Assembly (NCBI GenBank): GCA_964573815.1
Contig: CAZNMJ010000003.1
Span: 1 to 44,560, forward strand
Reading direction: 5' to 3'
From: an uncultured Anaerolineales bacterium
Lineage (GTDB): Bacteria; Chloroflexota; Anaerolineae; UBA7937; B3-Chlor
Length of the DNA: 44,560 nucleotides
Position 1 is the stretch's first letter, and the number at the start of each line of letters is the position of its first letter. The notes below the pieces were generated by a model, which was not told where the DNA came from, did not search any database, and was given only the letters and a program-made list of their open reading frames with translations. This document shows positions 1 to 8,692 of this stretch, one piece after another. A program made the position numbers and the translations under genes.

Positions 1-259
1 CCAGCAATCATGCGGCTTTCTTCGAGGTGAGGCGGGCCGGGCCAAAGAGAGTGGAGTGGGCCTGTAAGCCGAGTTGCCGGTCCACAGGTGGCGGAGTGGT
101 ACCGGTTGGGTAGCGGAATTGCGGGGCTTGTGCGGCATTCCCGCGCATTTTCCGCAGGGTGGCCATAATCAGCGAGAGGCGATTTACCCGCATGATTGCT
201 GGGAAAACGAGCTCCGCGAGACTCGCGATGCAGGGTCCGGGCGAGACTGCTTGGGGTAG

Positions 260-339
260 CGGATCGGTAGCGCTCTGGTACCGGATCGGTAGCGCTTCAC
301 GGCCCTAGAGGGTGTCGGTCTGGTGGCGGATCGGTAGCG
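260..339. repeat. Three exact 13-bp direct repeats CGGATCGGTAGCG
   Basis: Copies at 260-272, 282-294 and 327-339 (start-to-start 22 and 45 bp); partial GGTAGCGG at 109-116. Confidence 0.7.
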
Positions 340-436
340 GACATTGGCCGTCTTCGACGGCAGGCGCTCCGCGCCAGGGCGCCAAGCGGCGAGCCGGGCC
401 TGAGGAACCTCGCTCATCGTAGTGATGGCACTCGGG

Positions 437-1528
437 CTAGCGGGAACGCGCCTTCTTTGCGCGATACCGGCGACTGGCCATGAGCGCGTGGACGCGGGGG
501 TTGCTGCATTTGGGGCAGTAGCGTCGGCCGCGATGCGCCGTGGCGAAGGTCTCCCCACACTCGGGGTATGCGCAGACCCGCAGTTCGATGGGCGTGTCAC
601 TGTGTTGGGGATAGGCGGCCGCGAGCGCGAGGCAGTCGAGCAGCTCGCCCCACAGCCGTGCCGCGGGTGGCCCGCCCCGCGGGCTAGGGTCTGGTTCGCG
701 GGGCAGGAGGCTGTCGGGGAGCAAGCGCATTGCCGCCAGTCTGCTCGCCAGGAAGAGCTGGCAACCGGGCCACTCCGGGTGCCGCTGCAACGCGGTGAGC
801 ATAGAGGCCGCCCACAGGTAGAAGCCGACAGGAGCAGGGACGAGCAAGGGCGGGTCGCGGCGCGCCGACAGCTTGGTGTGGATGTCATGGGCCCAGCGAA
901 GCCACTGCGCAGGCCACAGCCGGGCGTCCGCGCCGAGCCGAGCAAGAGGCGAGCCCCACAAGGGTTCCAGGTTGGGGTGACCGCGGCCCAGGCGAACCCG
1001 CTCGCCCGCGGCAAGCCAGGCGCCGAAGTCCACCACCAGCGGTCCCCAGCGGCAGACGAACTGGCGCACACCCTCGGCCGACCGTTCGGCGCGCTGAGGC
1101 TGGAAGAAGAAGCCGACGGGCTCAGGATGACCGGCCTGGCGCTTTCGCTCCTCCCGCGCCTGTTCGGTCCAACCCGCCAGGTAACCAGCTATGCCCTGGG
1201 CAGTCTCCCGCCCGACATGCCAGTCTGAGTAGGTCTGCACCTGGCGCTTGAGGGTCGTGTCGTCCGCGCCGGCTGACCGCGCCAGGTGGAACAGGTCTTC
1301 TAGGATGCGATGGGCGTTGTCGTGGATGGGATAGAGGACTAGCTCAGGCGCATAGGGGGACCCCCACACCACCGCCAGGCCCGCTGGGGGCCGCGAGAGG
1401 CGCGGGCGGTTGCGGCCCAGAGGCCTAGCCTTCTCGCGAAAGCGCCGGTGGTGGGCGCTCGCCGGCATCACCTCCGCCCATTCCGTGGTGAACCACCAGC
1501 CCGGCTTGACCTCGCTCACCCGTGCCAT
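437..1528 (-). CDS. Hypothetical protein with C-terminal Cys4 zinc finger (CGNR-like), possible regulator
   Basis: 363-aa ORF, ATG preceded by AGGAG; C-terminal CAYPECGETF...RRYCPKCSN followed by a basic tail. Confidence 0.6.
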   Translation of the reverse strand: MARVSEVKPGWWFTTEWAEVMPASAHHRRFREKARPLGRNRPRLSRPPAGLAVVWGSPYAPELVLYPIHDNAHRILEDLFHLARSAGADDTTLKRQVQTYSDWHVGRETAQGIAGYLAGWTEQAREERKRQAGHPEPVGFFFQPQRAERSAEGVRQFVCRWGPLVVDFGAWLAAGERVRLGRGHPNLEPLWGSPLARLGADARLWPAQWLRWAHDIHTKLSARRDPPLLVPAPVGFYLWAASMLTALQRHPEWPGCQLFLASRLAAMRLLPDSLLPREPDPSPRGGPPAARLWGELLDCLALAAAYPQHSDTPIELRVCAYPECGETFATAHRGRRYCPKCSNPRVHALMASRRYRAKKARSR

Positions 1529-1668
1529 GCTCCCGCTCCTGCGTCATGGTAGCGTCATGGTCTTCTGCGGGGGTTCGACTAGGTGCCGTGGTATCCTCTC
1601 GGGCGTCAGCGCGGAGAGCGAGGTCTGTGTGGCGGGCGGCGCCTCGTGTCCTCTGGCGACAGGAGCGG

Positions 1669-2319
1669 ATGATGGGGACAACTGCCGGTGAAGCCAAGGT
1701 GTGGGAGCAGGTGCAGGCCGAGTCCGGTCAGGCCTACGCGGCATTCGTTGCGTACCGAGACATGGGCCCCAGACGAACCTTCGTGGGCGCGGCACGGCTG
1801 GTGGGCAGGAGCGAGAGCTTGCTGCGGCGGTGGGCCGGACGGCACAACTGGCGGGAGAGGGTATGGCAGTGGGACCTGCAGCAAGCGAGACAGGATGAGA
1901 CAGTGGTGCGCCAGCATCGCGCAGCGGTGTTGAGCGAGCGCTTGGACGATCTTGATCGAATGGGCCTGGCCTGCCTGGCATTCTTCCGTACGATGGTCAG
2001 GCGCGATCCGGCGACCGGCGAGGTGGCATTCGATCCGCGCTTCACGCCGCAGGTCGCTCTGCGATTCCTGGAGCTTGCGCTGAAGGCGCAGGGCGCGTTC
2101 GATCGGCCCTCCCGTGATGAGAAGGCTGAAGAGCGGCCGGCGGCCGATCTCTTCGGGATGGCCGACGCGGAGCTGATGGAGCTTATCGAGCTAGCCCGGC
2201 AGCGGGCGGGCCAGCAAGACCCCGGACAGGAGACAGACGATGAGTCAGACCAGGGAGCCACGAGTCAAGAACAGCAGCGGAAGGACACGGATCGACAGGA
2301 CGAGGCCGATGGCGACTGA
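1669..2319 (+). CDS. Phage protein, probable terminase small subunit-like HTH protein
   Basis: AGGAG at 1661 before ATG 1669; WEQ..ES..AY.AF..YRDMG and W..RHNW.ER motifs typical of genes upstream of terL. Confidence 0.6.
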   Translation: MMGTTAGEAKVWEQVQAESGQAYAAFVAYRDMGPRRTFVGAARLVGRSESLLRRWAGRHNWRERVWQWDLQQARQDETVVRQHRAAVLSERLDDLDRMGLACLAFFRTMVRRDPATGEVAFDPRFTPQVALRFLELALKAQGAFDRPSRDEKAEERPAADLFGMADAELMELIELARQRAGQQDPGQETDDESDQGATSQEQQRKDTDRQDEADGD

Positions 2320-3589
2320 TCGCCAGTCGCTTCGGGTTGTCGAGGTGCGGATCGATCATCTCCGGCCGTGGTCGGGCAATCCGCGGATCATGGGCGAGGC
2401 CGAGATGCGCAAGCTGATGCGGTCGATAGAGAGCTTCGGCCTGGTCGAGCCGTTGGTCGTGCGGCGATCCGACCAGCTTGTGATCGGCGGCCACCAGCGA
2501 TTGGAGGCCGCCAAAGCCTTGGGCCTGACGAAGGTCCCTGTGGTCTTCGTCGAGGTAAGCGACGAGCGAGCAAAAGCACTGAACCTCGCGCTCAACCGCA
2601 TCCAGGGGGAGTGGGATCTTCCCAAGCTGGGGGAACTGCTGGACGAACTCCGCGAGCTGCCTGACTTCGATGTCGCTCTGACCGGCTTCGATGGGCCGGA
2701 GATCGAGGACCTACTCGCAGAGCTGGAGCACCAGCAGCCGCTGCCCGAGTTCGAGGAGAGCTTCGACGTCGAGCAGGCGATGGCGGAAGCGGAGAGGAGA
2801 GCCGGTCCCACCCGCGTGCAGCCCGGCGATCTCTGGGCGCTGGGCAAGCACCGCCTGCTGTGCGGGGATGCGACTGATCCCGCGTGCTGGCAACGGATGA
2901 TGCAGGGCAAGAAGGCACACGCGGTCATCACCGATCCGCCCTATGCGGTCCACTATATCGGAGGTCGCGCTGCACAGCAGGAGCGCATCGGCCGGGCGAG
3001 GCGGGGAGTGGATGGCCCCTCCGATGTCTACTGGGATGATCTGAACCCAGAGGCATACCGGAGTCTGCTGCTCTCGAGTCTCTCGCTCGCCTATTCCCAC
3101 ACTGACGCCAAGGCTCCCCTGTATCTGTGGTTCGGCACCAGCCATTTGCGGGATGTACTTGACTGCCTGAAGGAAGCCGGCTGGCAGGAACGGAGCCTGC
3201 TGGTGTGGGTGAAGAACAACGGCGCCGGCGCGCTCTTTGCGCAGTACAAACACTGGTACGAGCCGTGCTTCTACGCCTTCAAGACGGGCAAGTCGCCCCG
3301 CTGGCACGGGCCAAGCAGCGAACGCACCGTATGGCTCCATGACAAGCCGACCGTCAATGAGCTCCATCCGACGATGAAGCCGGTGGCCCTGATCGAGCGC
3401 TCGGTCCTCAACTCCACCTCCCGCAGACAGCTGGTGGTGGACTGCTTCCTGGGATCGGGCACCGCTATCATTGCCGCCCAGCGGACAGAGCGGATCTGCT
3501 ACGGGATGGAGCGTGATGCGCGCTATTGCGACGTCATCCTGGCCCGCTGGGAAGCACTCACCGGCGAGCAGGCCGCGCGGGCGGAGTGA
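2309..3589 (+). CDS. ParB/Srx N-terminal domain fused to N6/N4 DNA methyltransferase (phage type)
   Basis: NPR...SIESFGLVEPL...IGGHQRL (ParBc); DPPY, HPTMKP and DCFLGSGT motifs; likely start ATG 2309 (track start 2240). Confidence 0.9.
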   Translation: MATDRQSLRVVEVRIDHLRPWSGNPRIMGEAEMRKLMRSIESFGLVEPLVVRRSDQLVIGGHQRLEAAKALGLTKVPVVFVEVSDERAKALNLALNRIQGEWDLPKLGELLDELRELPDFDVALTGFDGPEIEDLLAELEHQQPLPEFEESFDVEQAMAEAERRAGPTRVQPGDLWALGKHRLLCGDATDPACWQRMMQGKKAHAVITDPPYAVHYIGGRAAQQERIGRARRGVDGPSDVYWDDLNPEAYRSLLLSSLSLAYSHTDAKAPLYLWFGTSHLRDVLDCLKEAGWQERSLLVWVKNNGAGALFAQYKHWYEPCFYAFKTGKSPRWHGPSSERTVWLHDKPTVNELHPTMKPVALIERSVLNSTSRRQLVVDCFLGSGTAIIAAQRTERICYGMERDARYCDVILARWEALTGEQAARAE

Positions 3590-3599
3590 GGAGCGGAAC

Positions 3600-5138
3600 A
3601 TGGCCAAGACCAGACCATTGTCTCCTTCATCGCGCGAGGAATACCTGGCGCTGGCTGAACGGGCGCAGGAACTGCTGAACCAGAGAAACGATCCGCGCGC
3701 TTGGATCGAAGCCAACCTCTGGCTACGCAGCAAAGACCAAAGGATGGTGCCCTTTCACCTGTGGCCGGCGCAGGCCCATTGGTATGAACATCGCTCCCGC
3801 CACGATGTGATCCTGAAGGCCCGCCAGTTAGGCTTCACGAGCATCATCGAGGCCTGCTTCTTCGCCGACACGGTGCTGCGGCCCAACACCACCTCGGTGA
3901 TCGTCGCCTACGAACTGGACTCGGCAGAGAAGATCTTCGCTGCAGTCAGGGGATTCTGGGAAAGACTCCCCGAGGAGGAGCAGCGGCGGATCGGGCAGCC
4001 CCGTTATGTGACCAGGAGGGAGATGTACTGGCCGGAACTCAATAGCCGCTTCTGGGTGGGAACGGCAGGGTCGACCGCCTCCGGGCGGGGGCACACCATT
4101 CACAACCTCCACTGCTCTGAGTTCGCCTACTGGCCCCGCCCGGAGAAGGTGCTGGCAGGACTGACCGAAGCGGTGCCCGTGGGCGGACGGATCTGCATCG
4201 AGTCCACGGCCAGCGGCCTTGGTGGCTACTTCCACGACCTCTGGCTCCAGGCCAAGCAGGGCGAGAACCTCTACCGGCCCCACTTCTACCCATGGTTCTG
4301 GGATGCAAGCTATCGGATGTCAGGCCCGCCGTTGGGAGAGCTGACCGAGGAGGAACTGCGACTGAGGCGGGCCCACGGCCTTGGCGATGACCAGCTGCGA
4401 TGGCGCCGGGTCAAGATGCGGGAACTGCGAGATCGGTTTGCGCAGGAGTACCCGGAAGATGATGTCAGCTGCTTCCTCGCCAGCGGCCGCGGCCGCTTCA
4501 ACGCGGCCGTGTTGGCCCAGCTCCAGAGCCGTATAGCGACCGAGCCCGAGCCAGAATCCGTGGCGATCATCCATCTGCCGGACGGGAGGTCATTGCCTCT
4601 GGGCCCGGCTGAGCTTGTCATCTGGAGGGAACCGGAGCCCGGGCGCCGTTACGTCATCGGCGCGGACATCGGGGAAGGGCTCGCCCACGGCGATCCCTCC
4701 TCCGCCGTCGTGCTCGAGGAGGCAACCGGCGAGCAGGTGGCCGAGCTGCACGGCCGGTTGCCGCCGGCGCAGTTCGCTAGGCTACTGGGCGCGTTGGGCT
4801 ACTACTACCTGGAGGCCCTACTGGGGGTGGAGCGGAACAACCACGGCCACAGCGCCCTCAATACGCTGATGAACGAGGTCCAGTACAGCAACCTCTATCG
4901 ACATATCGACTACCACGATCCCCGCAACTACGGACAGCTCCCGGGCTGGCCGACAAATGCGAAGACCAAGCCTGTGATGATCGACGATCTGGACGAAGCG
5001 ATCGCGGAAGGACACCTCCGCGTTCACTCGGCGGAGCTGGTGCGGGAGTGCCTCACATATGTGGTCGACGATGCCGGGGCCACTGGAGCCCAGCCCGGCC
5101 ACCACGACGACAGAGTCATCGCGGCCGCCATCGCCTGA
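3600..5138 (+). CDS. terL: Phage terminase large subunit, possibly C-terminally truncated
   Basis: ILKARQLGFTS, LHCSEFAYW, IESTA, IGADIGEG, VERNNHG and HDD motifs; GAGGAG before ATG 3600; stop lies 1 bp from the IS end. Confidence 0.88.
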   Translation: MAKTRPLSPSSREEYLALAERAQELLNQRNDPRAWIEANLWLRSKDQRMVPFHLWPAQAHWYEHRSRHDVILKARQLGFTSIIEACFFADTVLRPNTTSVIVAYELDSAEKIFAAVRGFWERLPEEEQRRIGQPRYVTRREMYWPELNSRFWVGTAGSTASGRGHTIHNLHCSEFAYWPRPEKVLAGLTEAVPVGGRICIESTASGLGGYFHDLWLQAKQGENLYRPHFYPWFWDASYRMSGPPLGELTEEELRLRRAHGLGDDQLRWRRVKMRELRDRFAQEYPEDDVSCFLASGRGRFNAAVLAQLQSRIATEPEPESVAIIHLPDGRSLPLGPAELVIWREPEPGRRYVIGADIGEGLAHGDPSSAVVLEEATGEQVAELHGRLPPAQFARLLGALGYYYLEALLGVERNNHGHSALNTLMNEVQYSNLYRHIDYHDPRNYGQLPGWPTNAKTKPVMIDDLDEAIAEGHLRVHSAELVRECLTYVVDDAGATGAQPGHHDDRVIAAAIA

Positions 5139-5204
5139 GTGTCAATCGGCATCCAAAACTGACCCACCATCGGCGTCCAATATTGACCCACCCAGAATGG
5201 TGTT

Positions 5205-5952
5205 TCAGTGCTTCTCGCTCCTGGCGTTCCTGGTCTTGATCCGCCAGCTGTCGTTGCCGGTTTCGATGATCTCGCAGTGATGGGTGAGGCGGTCCAGCAG
5301 GGCGGTGGTCATCTTCGCGTCCCCGAAGACCTGGGGCCACTCTCCGAAGGTGAGGTTGGTGGTGATGATGACCGAGGTGCGCTCATACAGCTTGGAGACC
5401 AGGTGAAACAGCAGCTGGCCGCCGTTGCTGGAGAAGGGCAGGTAGCCCAGCTCGTCCAGGATCACCAGCTCGATGCGAGCCAGCCTCTCTGCGGTGCGCC
5501 CCCCCTTGCCCCGCCAGCTTCTCCTGTTCCAGCCGGTTGACCAGATCCACCACGTTGTAGAAGTGGACCCGGTGCGCGTCTCGGATCGCCTGGCGGCCGA
5601 TGGCGATGGCGAGGTGGGTCTTGCCGGTGCCAGTGCCGCCCACGAAGATCACATTCGTGTGCTGGGCGAGGAAGGCGCCCTCGCACAGGGACCTGAGGCG
5701 GGGCTCCTGCTGGGGCAGGGCGCTCCAGTCGAAGCTGTCCAGGTCCTTGGAGATGGGGAATCTGGCCTGCCCCATGCGATAGCGGATGCTGCGGGCCTCG
5801 CGATGAGCCGCCTCCGCCAGCAGCAGCTCATGCAGGATCTTCTCCGGGGTCGCCCGCCGCTTGAGCCCCACCGGGACGATCTCGTCGTAAGCCGCCAGCA
5901 TCCCTTTGAGCTTCAGCTGCGCCAGGTGGGCGTGGATCTGCTCACGAAGCAT
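5205..5952 (-). pseudogene. istB: IS21 helper ATPase IstB, frameshifted
   Basis: Walker [10 protein letters not shown] and Walker [11 protein letters not shown] in different frames; the shift is at a 7-C run (5499-5505), and 6 C would restore the frame. Confidence 0.9.
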
Positions 5953-7453
5953 GGGTGCCCCCCTCCAGCAGCCGGTCATAGCGGCTGCAGTCGGCGATCG
6001 GAAGGTGGCGGATCGTCAGATGCTCCGGGACATGCTCGGCGGGCGGGGGAGGCGGCGGCTCCAGCTGCCGGGAGAGCAGGTTAAAGATGACATCGAAGCT
6101 GATCGCGCCCAGGGAGATCGCTTCCCGGGCGGCTCCCGCCACCGCCTCGCTGCCGTGGGTATTGATAGCGGAGAGCAGGTCGACGAATTCCCGGTCGCCC
6201 CCGGGCCGTTGCTTCAGCACCTTCCAGACGGTCTGGATCGGCGCCGGCAGATCCCAGCCCTTGAAGGGAGCGCCGTTGCGCAGGGCTCCGGGCTTGCGCT
6301 CCAACACCGGCAGATAGTGCCAGGGGTCGTAGACGGTCTTGTCCCGGCCGAATTGGCGCCGGTGCTCCCCAATCACCTCTCCATCGCTGAGGATGACCAC
6401 GCGGTCGGCGTAGGCCCGTACCTGCGCCGTGCGTTTGGCCTTGGCGCTGTCGACACTGTAGTGGTTCCGGTCGAAGGCCACCAGGGAGGTCGTGCTGACG
6501 CGGACATTGCACTCCACGAAGCCGTCAAAGGGGAGCTCCACCCGGATCAGCTGGGGCCGCTCCTGCTGCTGGTACACCTCCCAGATGGTCCGCTCCCGCT
6601 GCTCGGGGTGGGGCTGAGTCCTCGCCCAGGCCAGACACTGCGAGACCAGGAAGCCGTTGAGATCCTCCAGGTCCTCGAAGCGGCGTCGCCCACAGAAGAA
6701 TCGCCTCCTGGCCAGCCCCACCTGGTTCTCCACCTGGCCCTTCTCCCACCCCGCCGCCGGCGTGCAGGCCACCGGCTCGAACAGGTAGTGTCCCGCCAAG
6801 GCCAGGAAGCGGGGGTTGAAGGTCCGCTCCTTGCCCAGCAGGATCTTGCCCACCACCGTCTTCATATTGTCGTAGATGCCCCGACGACACACCCCGCCGA
6901 AGAAGGCGAAAGCCTGCCGATGGGCATCCATCACCATCTCCAGGCTCTCCCGCACATACCCCACGCAGATCGGCAGCCGGCTGTGGCAGAGCCGGAAGTG
7001 GGCGAGGCTAACCTTCGTGGTCCGGCCCCCAAGGATCAGCGTCTCGGCACTCCAGTCGAACTGGAAGGCTTCCCCCGGCTCGAAGCACAGGGGGATGAAC
7101 ACATCGCCCACTGATCTGCGCCCAGCCTTCCACGCCTTCACCTGCCGCCGTACGCTGTCGTAAGCCCCCTCATAGCCCCGTCGCTGCAGCTCCTCAAACA
7201 GCAGCAGCGCACTCCGGCGCTCGGGCTTGGGCAGCTTCGCATCCTCCTCCAGCAGCTGCTCGAGATCCCCCAGAAACGGACCCAGCTTGGGTTTTGCCTC
7301 CTGCCGGCGCCGGTACCGGGGCTCCACCTCACCCCGGCGCAGGTACTTGCGCACGGTGTTGCGAGAGAGACGGTACTTCTTCGCGATTTCCCGCACCGAC
7401 TCGCCATCTCGTCTCGCCAGACGGACCTTCAACACGGTTTCCACGGTCAGCAT
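5942..7453 (-). CDS. istA: IS21 transposase IstA
   Basis: N-terminal HTH (SRNTVRKYL), PGEAFQFDW, YDNMKT and WEKGQVE DDE motifs. Confidence 0.96.
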   Translation of the reverse strand: MLTVETVLKVRLARRDGESVREIAKKYRLSRNTVRKYLRRGEVEPRYRRRQEAKPKLGPFLGDLEQLLEEDAKLPKPERRSALLLFEELQRRGYEGAYDSVRRQVKAWKAGRRSVGDVFIPLCFEPGEAFQFDWSAETLILGGRTTKVSLAHFRLCHSRLPICVGYVRESLEMVMDAHRQAFAFFGGVCRRGIYDNMKTVVGKILLGKERTFNPRFLALAGHYLFEPVACTPAAGWEKGQVENQVGLARRRFFCGRRRFEDLEDLNGFLVSQCLAWARTQPHPEQRERTIWEVYQQQERPQLIRVELPFDGFVECNVRVSTTSLVAFDRNHYSVDSAKAKRTAQVRAYADRVVILSDGEVIGEHRRQFGRDKTVYDPWHYLPVLERKPGALRNGAPFKGWDLPAPIQTVWKVLKQRPGGDREFVDLLSAINTHGSEAVAGAAREAISLGAISFDVIFNLLSRQLEPPPPPPAEHVPEHLTIRHLPIADCSRYDRLLEGGTHAS

Positions 7454-7603
7454 CTCCCTTGGCTGCTCCCTTCGCTATGGGGTCTTCCCCCACAGCAGAA
7501 GCAGCGCCAGGGGTGGGTCACTTTTCGACGCCGATTACCTCTCTAGGTGGGTCATTATTGCACGCCGACTAACAGGATTACTAGCGAGCCTCCGATATCC
7601 AGC

Positions 7604-7632
7604 TTGACATGCCGTCCCATTTGGCATAGAAT
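7604..7632 (+). promoter_or_regulatory. Sigma70-type promoter upstream of parB
   Basis: TTGACA (7604-7609), 17 bp spacer, TAGAAT (7627-7632). Confidence 0.7.
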
Positions 7633-7723
7633 ACCCCTTGCTGGGGCGATTTCCTCGTCTCGTTGGTGCCTCACGCCTCCCTAATCTGGGGCCCCTGCAG
7701 CCTACTGCGGCAGAGATGCGGAT

Positions 7724-7749
7724 CCAGAGTTAAAACATTTTAACTCTGG
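7724..7749. promoter_or_regulatory. Perfect 12-bp inverted repeat, candidate ParB-binding/operator site
   Basis: CCAGAGTTAAAA-CA-TTTTAACTCTGG, AT-rich in GC-rich DNA, 33 bp before the parB ATG. Confidence 0.55.
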
Positions 7750-7782
7750 CGCAGTGAGACCGTTCACCTTGCAGAGGCATCC

Positions 7783-8646
7783 ATGGCTGCCACTGATGCA
7801 GGCGCGGACTCGGCACAGTTAGTCAGTCTTCCCCTCAGTCAACTCCATCCGAGTCCGTATCAACCCCGTCGTACCCACTCACAGACCAGCATCGAGGAAC
7901 TCGCGGTCTCTCTACGCGAGGTGGGTCTGCTAGAGCCAGTGTGCGTTCGGCCAGTAGAGGAGTGCACATACGAGATCATCGCAGGCGAACGTCGCTGGCG
8001 AGCGGCCGGATTGGCCGGATTCACACGTATTCTCTGTCGCCTCTTTCATGTTTCGGCGGACACGGCTTTCGTCATGGCCGTGACCGAGAACCTGCAGCGA
8101 CGTTCACTGGCACCATTGGAAGAGGCCCTGGCCTATCAGGCGATGCTCGACCGCGGGATTGCGAGGAATCGGGCGACAATCGCGCGACTGCTGGGGGTGA
8201 ATCGGCCTCGCATCACTCAGCGTATGAAGCTTCTCGAGCTGGACGAAGGCACTCAACGTAGGATGCAGGAGCACAGAGACATCCTGACTGAGTACCATGG
8301 CCGCCTGTTGTGGGGAGTGAAGACGCTGGCTGACCGTCACCGGATCGCTGACGAAGCGATCGAGGGGCAGTGGTCGGGACGGCAACTGAAGCAGAGAGTC
8401 GACGAGTACCTTCGGATGCGAGAGATTGATGCGTGGCAGTTGCATGCAGGGGGCCTGCCGCGCACGTGGAGTGTCTCTCTCCCGGGCTTCTCTGTGAGAA
8501 TCAACTTCCTGCGCGCCGACGTGTATCGGGCTCTCGAGGAAACGCGCAATATGGTAAGTCGCCTGGAAGATCTGCTGACAGTTGATAGTCAGAGTACATC
8601 TTGTCACCACGTCCAAGCCGATGCAGATCAAGGGCCCGAATCCTGA
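7783..8646 (+). CDS. parB: ParB/RepB/Spo0J family partition protein (no parA nearby)
   Basis: PYQPR, GLLEP, IIAGERRWRA and ENLQR motifs plus a central HTH. Confidence 0.9.
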   Translation: MAATDAGADSAQLVSLPLSQLHPSPYQPRRTHSQTSIEELAVSLREVGLLEPVCVRPVEECTYEIIAGERRWRAAGLAGFTRILCRLFHVSADTAFVMAVTENLQRRSLAPLEEALAYQAMLDRGIARNRATIARLLGVNRPRITQRMKLLELDEGTQRRMQEHRDILTEYHGRLLWGVKTLADRHRIADEAIEGQWSGRQLKQRVDEYLRMREIDAWQLHAGGLPRTWSVSLPGFSVRINFLRADVYRALEETRNMVSRLEDLLTVDSQSTSCHHVQADADQGPES

Positions 8647-8692
8647 GACGCCTTCCTTCCGGAAGTCTCCTAAGCAGGGAACTACTGATCCG

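Larger units (their letters stand above)
5140..7574 (-). mobile_element. IS21-family insertion sequence
   Basis: TG...CA ends: TGTCAATCGGCATCCAAAACTGACCCACC at 5140 and reverse complement TGTTAGTCGGCGTGCAATAATGACCCACC ending at 7574, each with a second internal TGACCCACC repeat; carries istA and istB. Confidence 0.95.

Noticed and set aside
184-1228. Long ORFs 422-1228 (+) and 184-1071 (-)
   Set aside because: Shadow frames of the Zn-finger gene in GC-rich DNA; no recognisable motifs
5117-5145. Outward-facing TTGACA at the IS21 end as a hybrid promoter
   Set aside because: No plausible -10 at 16-18 bp in the flank
5473-7114. Long + strand ORFs inside the IS (5906-7114, 5473-6084)
   Set aside because: Antisense to istA and istB
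7606-7633. TGCCAAATGG (minus strand) matching the core of site A
   Set aside because: The arms do not match; a 10-bp match can arise by chance in 44 kb
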